From a bacterium (lineage in GTDB: Bacteria > JADJOY01), in NCBI GenBank assembly GCA_046331705.1, contig JAXLQJ010000010.1:62001-126000 (forward strand): a DNA stretch of 64,000 bases, in the 5' to 3' direction. The position numbers and the translations under genes are program-made. Under the pieces are notes generated by a model. It was given only the letters and a program-made list of their open reading frames with translations, ran no database searches and had not been told where the DNA came from. Position 1 is the first letter of the stretch. Every line of letters begins with the position of its first letter. Positions 9,850 through 23,000 of this stretch are shown here, piece by piece.

Positions 9850-10551
9850 TCAAGGCGCGCGTAGCCCGGGGGCTATACGCCGCACGACGTCGGCGAGGAC
9901 GCCGTGCGCGGTACGGGCCGCGCGCAGCATGGGCGGAATGTCCCCGATCAGCCCGGGACGCTCGAGCACCCGTCGAATCAGGCGTCGCAGGCGGACTTCG
10001 CCGCGATCGTCGACGGCGCCGGAGAGATCGGGAAGGCGATGCTCGACGGGATCGAGGACGACGCGCACGGACGCGCACGGAACGCCGTGCTCGTGGCAGA
10101 CCTGCGCCACGGCGAGGCCTTCCATCTCGACGGCGAGACAGCCGCGATCACCGAACGCGCGCTTCTCGTTGGGATCGGCGAGCACCCGCGGGCTGGTGAG
10201 AAAGGCCCCGAGTCGATGGGGGATGCCTGCTTTCGCCAGGCCGCAGGTCAGTCGCTCCGTGAGGGCGGCGGTCATCTCGACGGCGTCGCCGAGAGCGCCT
10301 CCGTGAAGCGCGTGATGGCGGGTGGGAACGACCACGTCTCCGATTGCGAGCGTCGGATCGAGGCCGCCGGCGAGGCCCGCCAAGAGCACGGCGTCGGGGC
10401 GCTCGCGGGTCAGCAGCGCACGGGTGGCGTCGGCGGCGCGAGCCGGTCCCATCGCGATCCGATGCAGCGACCAGCTCCCGCTCGCGGCGAGCGGAACCAC
10501 GCGCGCCAGCGCGCGGGCCTCGCCGCCCGTGGGCGCCAGGACCCAGATCAT
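9850..10551 (-). CDS. Nucleoside phosphorylase family protein (PNP_UDP_1; HpnG/MTAN-like)
   Basis: AGLAGGLDPTLAIGDVVV, AVEME, VRVVLD..LPD. Confidence 0.8.
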   Translation of the reverse strand: MIWVLAPTGGEARALARVVPLAASGSWSLHRIAMGPARAADATRALLTRERPDAVLLAGLAGGLDPTLAIGDVVVPTRHHALHGGALGDAVEMTAALTERLTCGLAKAGIPHRLGAFLTSPRVLADPNEKRAFGDRGCLAVEMEGLAVAQVCHEHGVPCASVRVVLDPVEHRLPDLSGAVDDRGEVRLRRLIRRVLERPGLIGDIPPMLRAARTAHGVLADVVRRIAPGLRAP

Positions 10552-10697
10552 CGCCGCTCGCTCTTGCCCGTTCGCGACCCCCGCTGTGCGACGGGGCGTC
10601 GTCCCGGCGCGCACCGACGCACCGCCCCGACCGCGGCCGGGATCGCCGCGGGAATCGAAGCCCGCGCGGAAATCTGAATGACCTCGGCAACTTTCGC

Positions 10698-10726
10698 TTG
10701 ACAGCTGAAATGCATTCTCCTACGCT
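10698..10726 (+). promoter_or_regulatory. Sigma70-type promoter
   Basis: TTGACA-N17-TACGCT upstream of the 10798 ORF. Confidence 0.7.
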
Positions 10727-10797
10727 CGGGTCGAATCGTGTCGTCGAGTGACGCGAGCGTTGCTCGGTCGATCTCGAACGATACTCGGAGGAATGCG

Positions 10798-11070
10798 ATG
10801 AAACGCCTCTTTGTCAGCGCAACGACTGTCGCTCTTCTCGTGGCCGCGCTCAGCGGAACGGCGCGTGCGAACGCCGAGTACTCGTCGGTCGTCGACGATC
10901 ATCCGGTTCGGATCGTAGCGTATCCGGTGAACATGGTCGGCACGCTGCTTCAGTGGGTGTTCTTCCGCCCCTACCACTACGTGATGTCGCTGCCGTACGT
11001 CTCGGACATCTCGGGCCACAAGATCAACGAGACGTTGATCACCGACAGCAAGTCCGGCGTCGCGCTCTGA
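10798..11070 (+). CDS. Small exported hypothetical protein
   Basis: SD ggagg, signal peptide MKRLFVS...ARA, own promoter and terminator. Confidence 0.75.
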   Translation: MKRLFVSATTVALLVAALSGTARANAEYSSVVDDHPVRIVAYPVNMVGTLLQWVFFRPYHYVMSLPYVSDISGHKINETLITDSKSGVAL

Positions 11071-11134
11071 CGCGCGCGTCGCTCGACGCACCCGGGACCG
11101 GCGCACTCGAGCGCCGCCGTCCGCCCGCTAGGGC

Positions 11135-11164
11135 AAAGCCCAAGGCGCATTCGCCTTGGGCTTT
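11135..11164. terminator. Probable bidirectional intrinsic terminator
   Basis: aaagcccaaggcg-catt-cgccttgggcttt, 13-bp stem between convergent genes. Confidence 0.75.
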
Positions 11165-11243
11165 CGCGTCTCCAGCACCTGACCGCCCCGCGCGGGACGC
11201 CATTCGTGCAGCGCGCGTCCGACGCCGCAGGACGCGTCGCGAA

Positions 11244-13496
<2,253 letters not shown>

Positions 13497-13725
13497 CGAG
13501 GATGCTCCGAAAGTCGAAACGTGCCGTGGGCGAGCAGGCTGCCCCCGGACGAGTCGTCGTGAGTGGTTGCTCGGGGCGGCCGGGCGATCGCCGGCGGACG
13601 ATCGTGTGGCCGGCGCGTGTCGCGCCCGCTTCTACGCTGGGACGAATGGGTCGGCTCGGGTCGAGGACGGCATGCGCGGCCCCGCGCGCGGTGTCGGCTG
13701 GGCGCCGTCCGGGGCCGATTCTCCA

Positions 13726-15135
13726 TCAGCCCTCGCGTCGATTCTTGTTGCGAGGGGCGTGCGCCGAGGTCGCCCACCCGTCGATGTTCCGCTGTTTCCC
13801 GCGCGCCACCGCGAGGGCCTCGGCGGGCACGTCGCGGGTGATGGTGGACCCCGAGCCGATGTAAGCGCCGCGGCCCACCGTGACCGGCGCGACGAGCTGG
13901 GTATCCGAGCCCACGAACACGTCGTCCTCGATCACGGTCTGGTACTTGGCGACGCCGTCGTAATTGCAGGTGATGGTGCCGCAGCCGATGTTGACGTTGG
14001 AGCCGACCGAGGCGTCGCCGATGTAGGTCAGATGCGAGGCCTTCGAGCCGGCGCCGAACTTCGCCTTCTTGATCTCGACGAAGTTGCCGACCTTCACGTC
14101 GGCGCCGAGATCGCTGCCCGGTCGGAGGTGCGCCATCGGTCCGACGGCGGCGCCGGCGCCGATGCGGCTCTCCTCGATCACGCAATACGGCTTGATCGTC
14201 ACGCGCTCGTCGAGCACGGAATCGACCACGATGGCGCCGGTGCCGATCCTGCACCCCTCGCCGATCCGCGTGGCGCCGCGGATCTCGGCGCCGGGATCGA
14301 GGACGCTGTCCGCGCCCACGCTCACCCCGACGTCCACCCAGGTGGTCTCGGGATCGCGAACCGTGACCCCGTCGCGCATCAATCCCGCGAGGACGCGGCG
14401 ATTGAGGATGGCGCCGGCGCGCGCGAGCTTCGCACGATCGTCCACGCCGTGGACCTCGTCCGGATCGGCGACCACGCTGTGCACGGCGACGAGGCCGCGC
14501 TCGTGCGCGATCGCCACCAGGTCGGTCAAGTAGTACTCGCCCTGTGCGTTGCGATTGCTCAGCGTGGGCAGCGTCGCGCGCAGAAAGGCGGCGTCGGCGG
14601 CGTAGATTCCCGCGTTCGCCAGCCCGATCGCGCGCTCGGCGGCGGTTGCATCCTTGGCCTCGACGATTCGTTCGGCGACGCCGCCGGGGCCGATGACCAC
14701 TCGCCCGTACGTCCCCGCGTCTCCCAGCTCCATCGCGAGCAGCGTGAGCGCGGCGTGTGCCTTCTCGTGGCGCGCCACCAGCGCCTGCACGGTCTCGTCC
14801 GTGAGCAGCGGTACGTCGCCCGAGAGGATCAACACCGTGCCGTCGAATCCCGCGAGCGCGGGCAGCGCCGTCAGCACTGCGTGACCCGTACCCTGGGGCG
14901 CGCCCTGATCCACCGTGGAGACGTCGGCCAGCGCGAACCCGGCGATCGCGGTGCGCACCAGCTCGCCGCAATGGCCGGTCACGACCACCACGGGGCGGGC
15001 GCCCAGCCGAAGCGCGAGCTCGATCGGGTAGCGGACCATCGGCCGTCCGCCGACCTCGTGCAGGACCTTGGGCTTGCGGGAGCGCATCCGCTTGCCCTCT
15101 CCCGCGGCCATGACGATGGCCGAGAGTGCACCCAT
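13726..15135 (-). CDS. glmU: Bifunctional UDP-GlcNAc pyrophosphorylase / glucosamine-1-P acetyltransferase
   Basis: MAAGEGKRM..PKVLH, GDVPL, EYYLTD, hexapeptide repeats, GNFVEIK, TCNYDG; SD ggagg. Confidence 0.96.
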   Translation of the reverse strand: MGALSAIVMAAGEGKRMRSRKPKVLHEVGGRPMVRYPIELALRLGARPVVVVTGHCGELVRTAIAGFALADVSTVDQGAPQGTGHAVLTALPALAGFDGTVLILSGDVPLLTDETVQALVARHEKAHAALTLLAMELGDAGTYGRVVIGPGGVAERIVEAKDATAAERAIGLANAGIYAADAAFLRATLPTLSNRNAQGEYYLTDLVAIAHERGLVAVHSVVADPDEVHGVDDRAKLARAGAILNRRVLAGLMRDGVTVRDPETTWVDVGVSVGADSVLDPGAEIRGATRIGEGCRIGTGAIVVDSVLDERVTIKPYCVIEESRIGAGAAVGPMAHLRPGSDLGADVKVGNFVEIKKAKFGAGSKASHLTYIGDASVGSNVNIGCGTITCNYDGVAKYQTVIEDDVFVGSDTQLVAPVTVGRGAYIGSGSTITRDVPAEALAVARGKQRNIDGWATSAHAPRNKNRREG

Positions 15136-15401
15136 CACCGTTCCTCCATTGGGGGATCACCACGCGGCTCGCGCGGGGTGATCCCGAGAGGTTGGCACAA
15201 TCACGAAGGGGTGTCTCTCGGCTGAGCCGCTGCGGGATTCCCTCTCGGTGCTGGGACGACGGTGAGCGCGTCGCCCGCGTCGCGGCCCTGGAAACGCTGC
15301 GCTTTTCCACGCGTTCACCGGGGCGTGCGCGGCACGGCGGTTGCCCTGCGTGGGATGGCCGGGACATCGACCCTCCCGGTCATCGCGCCGACGAGGGACC
15401 C

Positions 15402-15722
15402 ATGGAAAAGACGCTTCACCCCGAGCTTCGACGGCACGCTCGCCACGGTCACGGAGTGTGTCGATCGTGCTTCGATCTCTACGCCCACGGGCGTCGCGGG
15501 CGTTCCGAGCGCTGCCACGCATGCGCTTCCGGCTCGCGCCGCTCCGACGGCGAGCGAACGGCGATCCGGACCTTCTGGATCCAGAACCCCACGCGGAGTC
15601 ACCTCGTGGCGTTCGCGGTGTGGGGGAACGAGCGCGATCTCGAGCGCGCGCGCCGCAATCTCGACCGCTTCTGGCGCCGCGCGCATCGGTGGTCCGCGCA
15701 CACGTCCGGCACTGCGCGCTGA
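15402..15722 (+). CDS. Hypothetical protein with two CxxC pairs
   Basis: SD-like gaggga, CRSC...CHAC; fills the gap before the GT4 gene. Confidence 0.5.
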   Translation: MEKTLHPELRRHARHGHGVCRSCFDLYAHGRRGRSERCHACASGSRRSDGERTAIRTFWIQNPTRSHLVAFAVWGNERDLERARRNLDRFWRRAHRWSAHTSGTAR

Positions 15723-15800
15723 GCCGGCGGCACCTCGAGCCGCGGCGCTCGCGGTCGCCGCCCTTGAGGCGCCGCGCGCGGCGGCGCATGGTATCGGCCC

Positions 15801-16964
15801 ATGCAAGGCCGCCCGCCGCGCATCCTCACGATCTACTTCCGCCATCAGCGCGGCGGTTTGCTGAAGCGCTTCTACACCCTGGTCGAAGCGCTCGCCGCGC
15901 GCGGATTCGAGGTCCACGTGGTGTCGGCGGCACCCCTCGCGCTCGCGCCGCGCGCCAGCGTGATCGCGCACCGCGTGTGGTGGCCCGGCGTCGATCCCGG
16001 CGGGCTCGCGTTCTGGCTCTGGTTCACGCTCGCGGCGCCCTGGACGCTGCTGCGGGTGGCGCTCGCCGTTCGGCCGCGGGCGTTGCTGGTCTTCGATCCC
16101 TATTACGCGGTGCTCGGAATCGTGGCATCGGCGTGCGCGCGGATGCCGATCGTGTCGTTCGTGCGCGCGACCCCGTGGCGCGCGCGGATGCGGATCGCGG
16201 CCGAGGGGGTTGCCTGGCGGCTCGCGACGGCCCTCGACGTCGTCGGTCTCCGGGCGAGCGCGCACGTCGTGACCATCACGCGCGCGATGATCGCGGAACT
16301 GGCGGAGCGCGTGCCCGGCATCGAGCCGCGCTGCGCGGTGCTGCCGAACTCCCTGGTGGCGCCGCCGGAGGGGTTACCGAGCCGCGCCGTGGCCCGCGCG
16401 CGCTTGTGTCGCGAGACCCGCTGGCCCGAGGACGCACTGATCGTCGCCGCCGCTGGAGTGCTGAGCGAGCGCAAGAACGTCGCGCTGGCGCTGGAAGCCC
16501 TCGCGCTCGTCCCGGAGCCGCGCGTCACGTTGCTCGTCGTGGGAGACGGGCCGACGCGGCAGGCCTTGGAGGACCGTGTCAGCGTCCTCGGTCTGAGGTC
16601 GCGCGTCCATTTCGCGGGATGGATCGAGGAGCCGCTGCCGCTCGTGCTGGGCGCCGATCTCTTCGTCCTGCCATCGGTTCACGAGGGCGCCTCCAACGCG
16701 CTCCTCGAAGCCTGGGGCGCGGGGCTGCCGGTGCTTGCGGCGCGGACTCCCGAAAGCGTGGAGATCGTCGGGGACGACTCGCTGCTCTTCGACGGCCGCG
16801 AGCCCGGCGATCTCGCCGCGCGGCTCACCTCCCTGGCCCGCGACCCGGACGCGCTCGCGCGTCTCGCCCGTGCGTCGGCCGAGCGCGGACGGCCGCTCGC
16901 TTTCGATTGGGGCGATCGCGCCGTGGCCCTCCTCGAGCGGCTGCTCGGGAGCGGCCCGAAGTAG
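15801..16964 (+). CDS. Glycosyltransferase family 4
   Basis: RKNV, DLFVLPSVHEGASNALLEA. Confidence 0.88.
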   Translation: MQGRPPRILTIYFRHQRGGLLKRFYTLVEALAARGFEVHVVSAAPLALAPRASVIAHRVWWPGVDPGGLAFWLWFTLAAPWTLLRVALAVRPRALLVFDPYYAVLGIVASACARMPIVSFVRATPWRARMRIAAEGVAWRLATALDVVGLRASAHVVTITRAMIAELAERVPGIEPRCAVLPNSLVAPPEGLPSRAVARARLCRETRWPEDALIVAAAGVLSERKNVALALEALALVPEPRVTLLVVGDGPTRQALEDRVSVLGLRSRVHFAGWIEEPLPLVLGADLFVLPSVHEGASNALLEAWGAGLPVLAARTPESVEIVGDDSLLFDGREPGDLAARLTSLARDPDALARLARASAERGRPLAFDWGDRAVALLERLLGSGPK

Positions 16965-17053
16965 CAGCGGCCGTGGCGGCCGTGTCGACGGGCGGTTATT
17001 CTCCGGCGCTCACGCGGCGCCCGCCTGGGCGCACTTCCTGGAGAGAAAAAAGC

Positions 17054-17326
17054 ATGTCCGACGCGCATCCATCCCGCTTCACCGGCGGTTCCCTGACCGA
17101 TCACATCCGCGAACGAATCGAGACCGGCATCCCCGGCGCCAAGGCCAAAGTCGAGGGCGGCGGTGGCCACTTCACGATCGAGGTCGAGTCCGCGGAGTTC
17201 AAGGGCAAGAGCACCCTCGAGAAGCAGCGTCTGGTGTACGGCACGATCACGGACTTGATGGCGGGCGGCGACGCGCCCATCCATGCCGTCGATACGATGA
17301 TCACCCGCGTCCCCGCGGGCGCCTGA
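17054..17326 (+). CDS. bolA: BolA/IbaG family protein
   Basis: [27 protein letters not shown]...IHA. Confidence 0.9.
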   Translation: MSDAHPSRFTGGSLTDHIRERIETGIPGAKAKVEGGGGHFTIEVESAEFKGKSTLEKQRLVYGTITDLMAGGDAPIHAVDTMITRVPAGA

Positions 17327-17354
17327 CCGAAAGCCCAGCGAATCCCGTTCGGAT

Positions 17355-17383
17355 TTGACCGCCCCCCGGGCCACGGTTAGCGT
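17355..17383 (+). promoter_or_regulatory. Sigma70-type promoter for grxD
   Basis: TTGACC-N17-TAGCGT. Confidence 0.55.
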
Positions 17384-17432
17384 GGCGGGCGCAATCACTC
17401 ATCGAACAGCACCCAGAAGAGGAAAGAGCACC

Positions 17433-17897
17433 ATGGGTCTCTTGGACAAGTTTCTCGGCAAGAAGGACGCGCCTGCTCCGGCCTACACCCCACCCGCGCC
17501 ACCCTCGGCGCCTGCGCCCAGCGCGCCAGCGCCCGCTCGCGCCGCGACGCCGGCACCTTCGGCAGGTGCCAAGGAAGTCCACGATCGGATCGACAACCTG
17601 GTGAAGGGCAACAAGGTCGTGCTCTTCATGAAGGGCTCGAAGCTCTTCCCGCAGTGCGGCTTCTCGGCGGCGACCGTCGAGATCCTCAATCAGTACGGCG
17701 TGCCGTTCGTCGACGTGGACGTGCTCTCGGATCCCGGCATCCGTCAGGGCATCAAGGAGTTCTCGCAGTGGCCGACGATCCCGCAGCTCTTCATCGACGG
17801 CAAGTTCGTCGGCGGTTGTGACATCGCCCGCGAGATGCACGCCAACGGCGAGCTCGCGGCGTTGCTCAAGGGCGGTGGCGAGAGCGCCCAGAACTGA
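17433..17897 (+). CDS. grxD: Monothiol CGFS glutaredoxin (Grx4) with N-terminal Pro/Ala extension
   Basis: [24 protein letters not shown]; adjacent to bolA. Confidence 0.93.
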   Translation: MGLLDKFLGKKDAPAPAYTPPAPPSAPAPSAPAPARAATPAPSAGAKEVHDRIDNLVKGNKVVLFMKGSKLFPQCGFSAATVEILNQYGVPFVDVDVLSDPGIRQGIKEFSQWPTIPQLFIDGKFVGGCDIAREMHANGELAALLKGGGESAQN

Positions 17898-17920
17898 GCG
17901 CGCGAGTCGCGGGAGCGACG

Positions 17921-17956
17921 ACGGGGTCTGGCGAACGCCAGACCCCGTTTCGTTTC
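17921..17956 (+). terminator. Intrinsic terminator after grxD
   Basis: acggggtctggcg-aa-cgccagaccccgt followed by ttcgtttc. Confidence 0.75.
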
Positions 17957-18037
17957 ATCGGAACTGCTTCAAAGCCCCGACGCGACACGGCCGGGACGGG
18001 GGACTCGGGCTCGTTTCGGCCCCCCGTGTCGGTCGAC

Positions 18038-19789
18038 TCACCCCAGCCGCTTCTTGAGCGCGTCGAGCTGCTTGGGAAGCTCCTCGGGCAGCTTCCGGCC
18101 GAACTCCTGGTGGAACTCGCCCACCTGCTGGGCCTCGTCGCGCCACACCTCGCGGTCCACCGAAAGCAGACCCTCGACGGTCTTCTGATCGATCGGAAGC
18201 TCGTTGGTGTCGAGGTCGGCCACGTTCGGCAGGTAGCCGATCGGGCTCTCCTGGGCCTTGGTGCCGCCATTCTTGCTACGCTCGACGATCCAGCGCAGCA
18301 CACGAACGTTGTCGCCGTATCCCGGCCAGATGAAGCGGCCGTTCGCGTCGGTGCGGAACCAGTTGACGTGGAAGACCTTGGGCGGATTGGGCACGTGCTC
18401 GCCCATCTTGAGCCAGTGCGCCCAGTAGTCGCCCATGTTGTAGCCGCAGAAGGGCAGCATCGCCATGGGATCGCGGCGCACCACGCCGACCGCGCCGGTT
18501 TGCGCCGCGGTGGTCTCGGAGGCCATCGCGGAGCCGACGAAGACGCCGTGCTTCCAATCGAACGACTCGTAGACGAGCGGTGCGGTGCGCGCGCGGCGCC
18601 CGCCGAACAGGATGGCGCTGATGGGCACGCCTTGCGGATCGTCGAACTTGGGATGCACCGACGGGCATTGCCGCGCTGGGGTGGTGTAGCGGCTGTTGGG
18701 ATGGGCCGCCTTGTCCTTGCTCTCCGGCGTCCAGTGGCGACCTTGCCAATCGGTGGCGGTGGCCGGCGGATCGCCTCCCATGCCTTCCCACCACGGGCAG
18801 CCATCGTCGGTCAGGGCGACGTTGGTGAAGATCGAGTTCCGGTTGAAGGTCAGCATGGCGTTGGGGTTGGTCTTCGTGCTGGTGCCGGGGGCCACGCCGA
18901 AGAACCCTGCTTCCGGGTTGATCGCCCACAGCCGGCCGTCGGGGCCCTTGCGCATCCACGCGATGTCGTCGCCGACGGTCCACACCTTCCAGCCGAGCTT
19001 CTTCTGTGACTCGGGCGGAACCAGCATCGCCAGGTTGGTCTTGCCGCAGGCGCTGGGGAACGCGGCGGCCACGTAGGACGTCTCTCCTTCGGGCGACTCG
19101 AGCCCGAGCAGCAGCATGTGCTCCGCCATCCACATCTCGTCCCGTCCCTGGACGGACGCGATGCGCAGCGCGAAGCACTTCTTCCCGAGCAGCGCGTTGC
19201 CGCCGTACCCCGATCCGATCGACCAGATCTCGCGCGTCTCCGGGAAATGACAGATGAAACGGCGATCGGGCGAGAGATCGCCCAGGCTGTGGAGGCCGCG
19301 GCAGAAGTCGTCCGAGCCGCCCAGCTGGTCGAGCGCCGCCTTCCCCATGCGGGTCATGATCCGCATGTTGACGACCACGTACGGGCTGTCGGTGATCTCG
19401 ATGCCGATCTTGGAGAGCGGCGAGCCCAGCGGCCCCATGCAGTACGGCACCACGTACATGGTGCGGCCCTTCATGCAGCCGGCGTAGAGCGCCGAGAGTT
19501 GCGCCTTGGCGTCCTGGGGGGCCATCCAGTTGTTGGTGGGGCCGGCGTCCTCGGGCTTGTGCGAGCAGATGAACGTGAGGTGCTCGGTGCGGGCGACGTC
19601 GTTGGGGTTGGAGCGGTGCAGGAAGCTGTTCGGGTACTTCTTCTCGTTGAGGGGGGTGAGCGTCCCGCTGCCGACCATCTCGCGGATCAGGCGCTCGTTT
19701 TCCTGATCCGAACCGTCGCACCAAACCACTTGGTCGGGTTTGGTGAGCGCGGCACAGCTATCGACCCATGCCTGCAACGTCGCGTTCAT
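18038..19789 (-). CDS. pckG: Phosphoenolpyruvate carboxykinase (GTP)
   Basis: [59 protein letters not shown]. Confidence 0.97.
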   Translation of the reverse strand: MNATLQAWVDSCAALTKPDQVVWCDGSDQENERLIREMVGSGTLTPLNEKKYPNSFLHRSNPNDVARTEHLTFICSHKPEDAGPTNNWMAPQDAKAQLSALYAGCMKGRTMYVVPYCMGPLGSPLSKIGIEITDSPYVVVNMRIMTRMGKAALDQLGGSDDFCRGLHSLGDLSPDRRFICHFPETREIWSIGSGYGGNALLGKKCFALRIASVQGRDEMWMAEHMLLLGLESPEGETSYVAAAFPSACGKTNLAMLVPPESQKKLGWKVWTVGDDIAWMRKGPDGRLWAINPEAGFFGVAPGTSTKTNPNAMLTFNRNSIFTNVALTDDGCPWWEGMGGDPPATATDWQGRHWTPESKDKAAHPNSRYTTPARQCPSVHPKFDDPQGVPISAILFGGRRARTAPLVYESFDWKHGVFVGSAMASETTAAQTGAVGVVRRDPMAMLPFCGYNMGDYWAHWLKMGEHVPNPPKVFHVNWFRTDANGRFIWPGYGDNVRVLRWIVERSKNGGTKAQESPIGYLPNVADLDTNELPIDQKTVEGLLSVDREVWRDEAQQVGEFHQEFGRKLPEELPKQLDALKKRLG

Positions 19790-20091
19790 GCTTCGCCCCC
19801 TTGTTCACCCCGGCCCCGCACCCGAGGCGGGCGTGCAGATACGTTCGTCTCAGCCGTTTCCGCCAACACCCTCGCAACGAGAGTGGCAATTCGCGAGACG
19901 GACGACTGGATGCGGTGCGGAGTGGAACGGTTTATGTCGCTCCGCGTCGAAGCTAGCACACGGGTCTGGCACCGGAAACGGGCACCGGAGACGGTGGCCG
20001 TCGGTCGGTGCGGACGGTGCGCGCCGGCTCGGTTCGCGCGGCGCTGGTCTAGACTGACGGCCTCGCGAGATGCCGAGCGAGGGAGCCCGGG

Positions 20092-23000
20092 ATGACGATG
20101 GACGCGTCGAAGACCTTCCGCACGCGAGTCGCGCGCGCCCTGGGGGCGCTCGTGGTGCTGCTCGGCGGAGGGCTCGTCCTCGGGCAACCCGCTCACGCGG
20201 ATGCCGCGGGCTACCCGAGCTCGGCCGCCGAGGCGCGTCGCATTCGCGAGTCGCTGGAGAAGGACATCGCGGCCGAGCGCGATCAGCCGTCGCCGCGCGC
20301 GCACCTCACGGCCGCTCGCGAGGAGTTCGTGGCGCTGCTGCGCGAGATCGAGGTGCTCTACGGCCGCGTCGGCGATCTCGATGCCGAGCAGATGTCGCGC
20401 GCCACGCGCGAGACGCTGGCGCGTAATGCGCTGGCGAAGCCGCCCGTGGCGCGCTCGTTCCGCGGCTCTCCCAGCGCCGAGCAGATCAACGTGCTCTCGA
20501 GCGCGGCGCAGGACATGCGCCGCAAGCTCGAGGTGCTCAAGGCGCGCCGCGCGGCGCTCGAGAGCGAGCGGGACTCGGGCTCCAAGAGCGAGCGCGACCG
20601 GGTCGCCGCGCACCGGGCGGAAAGCGCGGCCCGACTCGCGAGCTACCAGGCCGAGCTGCCGCGGCTGCGCGACGCGGCGAGCGCGCTCGAGGAACAGCAG
20701 GCGGTCGAGGTGCGCCTGCACGTCCTCGAGCTCACCCTCGAGCACGACGATCGGCTGCTCGCGTTCCTCGCCCGCCGCGCGGAGGCGATCCCGGCGCAGC
20801 TCGCGCTCGTCGACATCGAGATCGAGGCGGCGGCGAAGGCGGTGGAGCGCGCCGACCAGGAGCTGCGCGCCGCGTGGGACGCGGAGAGTGCCGCACTCGG
20901 GCGCGTTCAACGCGAGGCCGAGGCGGCGCGGCGCGAGGCCGCGCGTGGCGTCGAGAGCGCCCTCGGCGAGTGGGACCGGCTGCTGCAAGCCTGGCGCGCG
21001 GATTCGCTCTCGCTCGACAGTCGCACCGCCGCGCGCAAGCGCGAGCTGGCTGCGGTGCAGAGCGCGGGATTGCGCGCGGACGCACTCGACACCGCGAAGG
21101 CGCGCTTCGACCAGCTGCGCGAGCGCTACGACAAGAGCCGCGCCGTGGGCATCGACACCGTGCCGCTGATCCAGCGCGGCCTCGAGCGCGTCGCCAAGGA
21201 TCGCGAGACGTTCCTCGGCGGCGGTGAACGCGAACGCTGGCGGAACGCGCGCGCCGACGCGGTCACCGCGCTCGAGGACATCGAGACGCAGCTCGCCGAC
21301 CTCGACGAGACCTGGCGGAGCACCGTGGCCAGCGCGCGCAACGCGTGGCTGGCTGCGAGCGCCGGCGAGCCGCAAGCGCTCACCGAGCTCTGGGAGTCGG
21401 AGGAGCTGCCGATCTGGGAGGAGGCGCAGCGGCAGCGCCGCGAGTCGCTGCGCGCCCTCGACGATGCGTTGCGGGCGATCTCCGACGAGTACCAGGCGCG
21501 CCTCGAGCGCGCCGATACGCTCGCCGGCATGCTCGAGGTCGAGGAGCGTTGGCTCGAGCGGCGCGCGCTGCTGAGCCGCAGCCCGATGCCGAGTGTCCGG
21601 CGCGCCGCCGGACAAGCGCTCGTCGACTATCGCGCCTGGATGGAGAGCGGGCGTGAGGTGCGTTGGCCGGTGGTCGCGGCGCTCGTGCTGTTGACGCTGT
21701 GCTGGCGGATCGCGATCGCGCGGGTGAGGCGGGTGACCGCGCGCTGGCTGGAATCGCGCGGCGACGTGGATGCGAGCCAGCTCGAGGCGCGCCGCGCCTG
21801 GCGCACGGTGGGGCTTCGCGCTTCGTGGGTGCCGCTCGCGCCGTTGATCGGTTGGCTCGCCGCCTCGGTCATCGACGCGGAGGCGGGGGAGGCGCGCGCG
21901 CTCGTGGAAGCGGGCTGGATCGGCGCCGCGGTGCTCGCGATCTACGCGCTGGTGCGCGGCTTGCTCACGGCGGTGCGCGACGAGCGCGTGAGCCGGCGCT
22001 ACCGGCGCGTCGCCGCGGTGAGCGCGATCATCGTGCTCACGCTCGGGCTGCCGCACTACTACCTCGGCGCCATCAATTACGAATCGTGCAACCCAGACCT
22101 GACCACGCTGCTCGGCCGCGTGGTGCGCACCACGCTCGCGATCGCGATCGGCGTGGCGCTGATCTCGCGCGCTTCGCTGCTGGCGTTGCTGCCGGCGCGC
22201 ATGCGGGCGGTGGCCGATCGCCGGCTCGGGCCGATCCGGGTCCTGCTGCTCGTGGCGCTGGTGGTGACGGTGATCGCCGACTGGACCGGCTACGCCAAGC
22301 TCGCGAGCTGGAACTTCACGGCGGCGTTCGGCAGCGTCGGGGTCCTGGCGGTGGGCATCGCCGCGGCGCGCACCGCGCTGCAGGCGCTCGCGTACGGCGC
22401 GGACGTGACGGTCACGGACGTGCTCATGGAGCAGCGTCGCGAGTTCCTGTTGCAGCAGGCGCGCACCGCCGTCGTGCTCATCGCCGCCGCCGTGATCGTG
22501 TGGGGGCTCTTGCTGGCGCTACGCGTGGCGCCCGCCGATCTGCAGGCGCTCATGCTGCGCCACGTCTCGCCGCTGCAGGCCGAGGGCAGCTCGGCGCTCA
22601 ACGTGGGCGCCGTGTGGCTGGCGCTCTTGGTGCTGGTCGGAACCGTGGTGCTGGCGCGAGCGCTGCGCGGCGCGCTGGACAGCTTCGTGCTCGCCTGGGC
22701 GGGGATGGAGCGCGACCTGCGCTACTCGGTCTCGACGGTCACGCATTACCTGATCCTCTTCGTCGGCAGCGCCAAGGCGCTGGGGAAGCTCGGCGTCGAT
22801 CTCAAGGATCTGCAATGGCTGCTCGCGGCCGCCGGCGTGGGGATCGGCTTCGGCTTGCAGGAGATCATCTCCAACTTCGTGAGCGGGATCATCATCCTCT
22901 TCGAACGACCGCTCAAGATCGGCGACGTGGTGGAAGTGGACGGGCGCCCGGGCGAGGTGGTGGACGTGAGCATCCGCAGCACCACGGTGCGGACCCAGGA

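Noticed and set aside
7535-10306. Very long antisense or alternate-frame ORFs (e.g. 7535-10306 +, 27540-30323 -, 19786-22056 -, 45500-47830 -)
   Set aside because: Arg/Ala/Gly-rich shadow ORFs opposite motif-bearing genes; expected at this GC content
15192-15210. Sigma54 promoter (TGGCAC)
   Set aside because: The -12 TTGC element is missing at the required spacing
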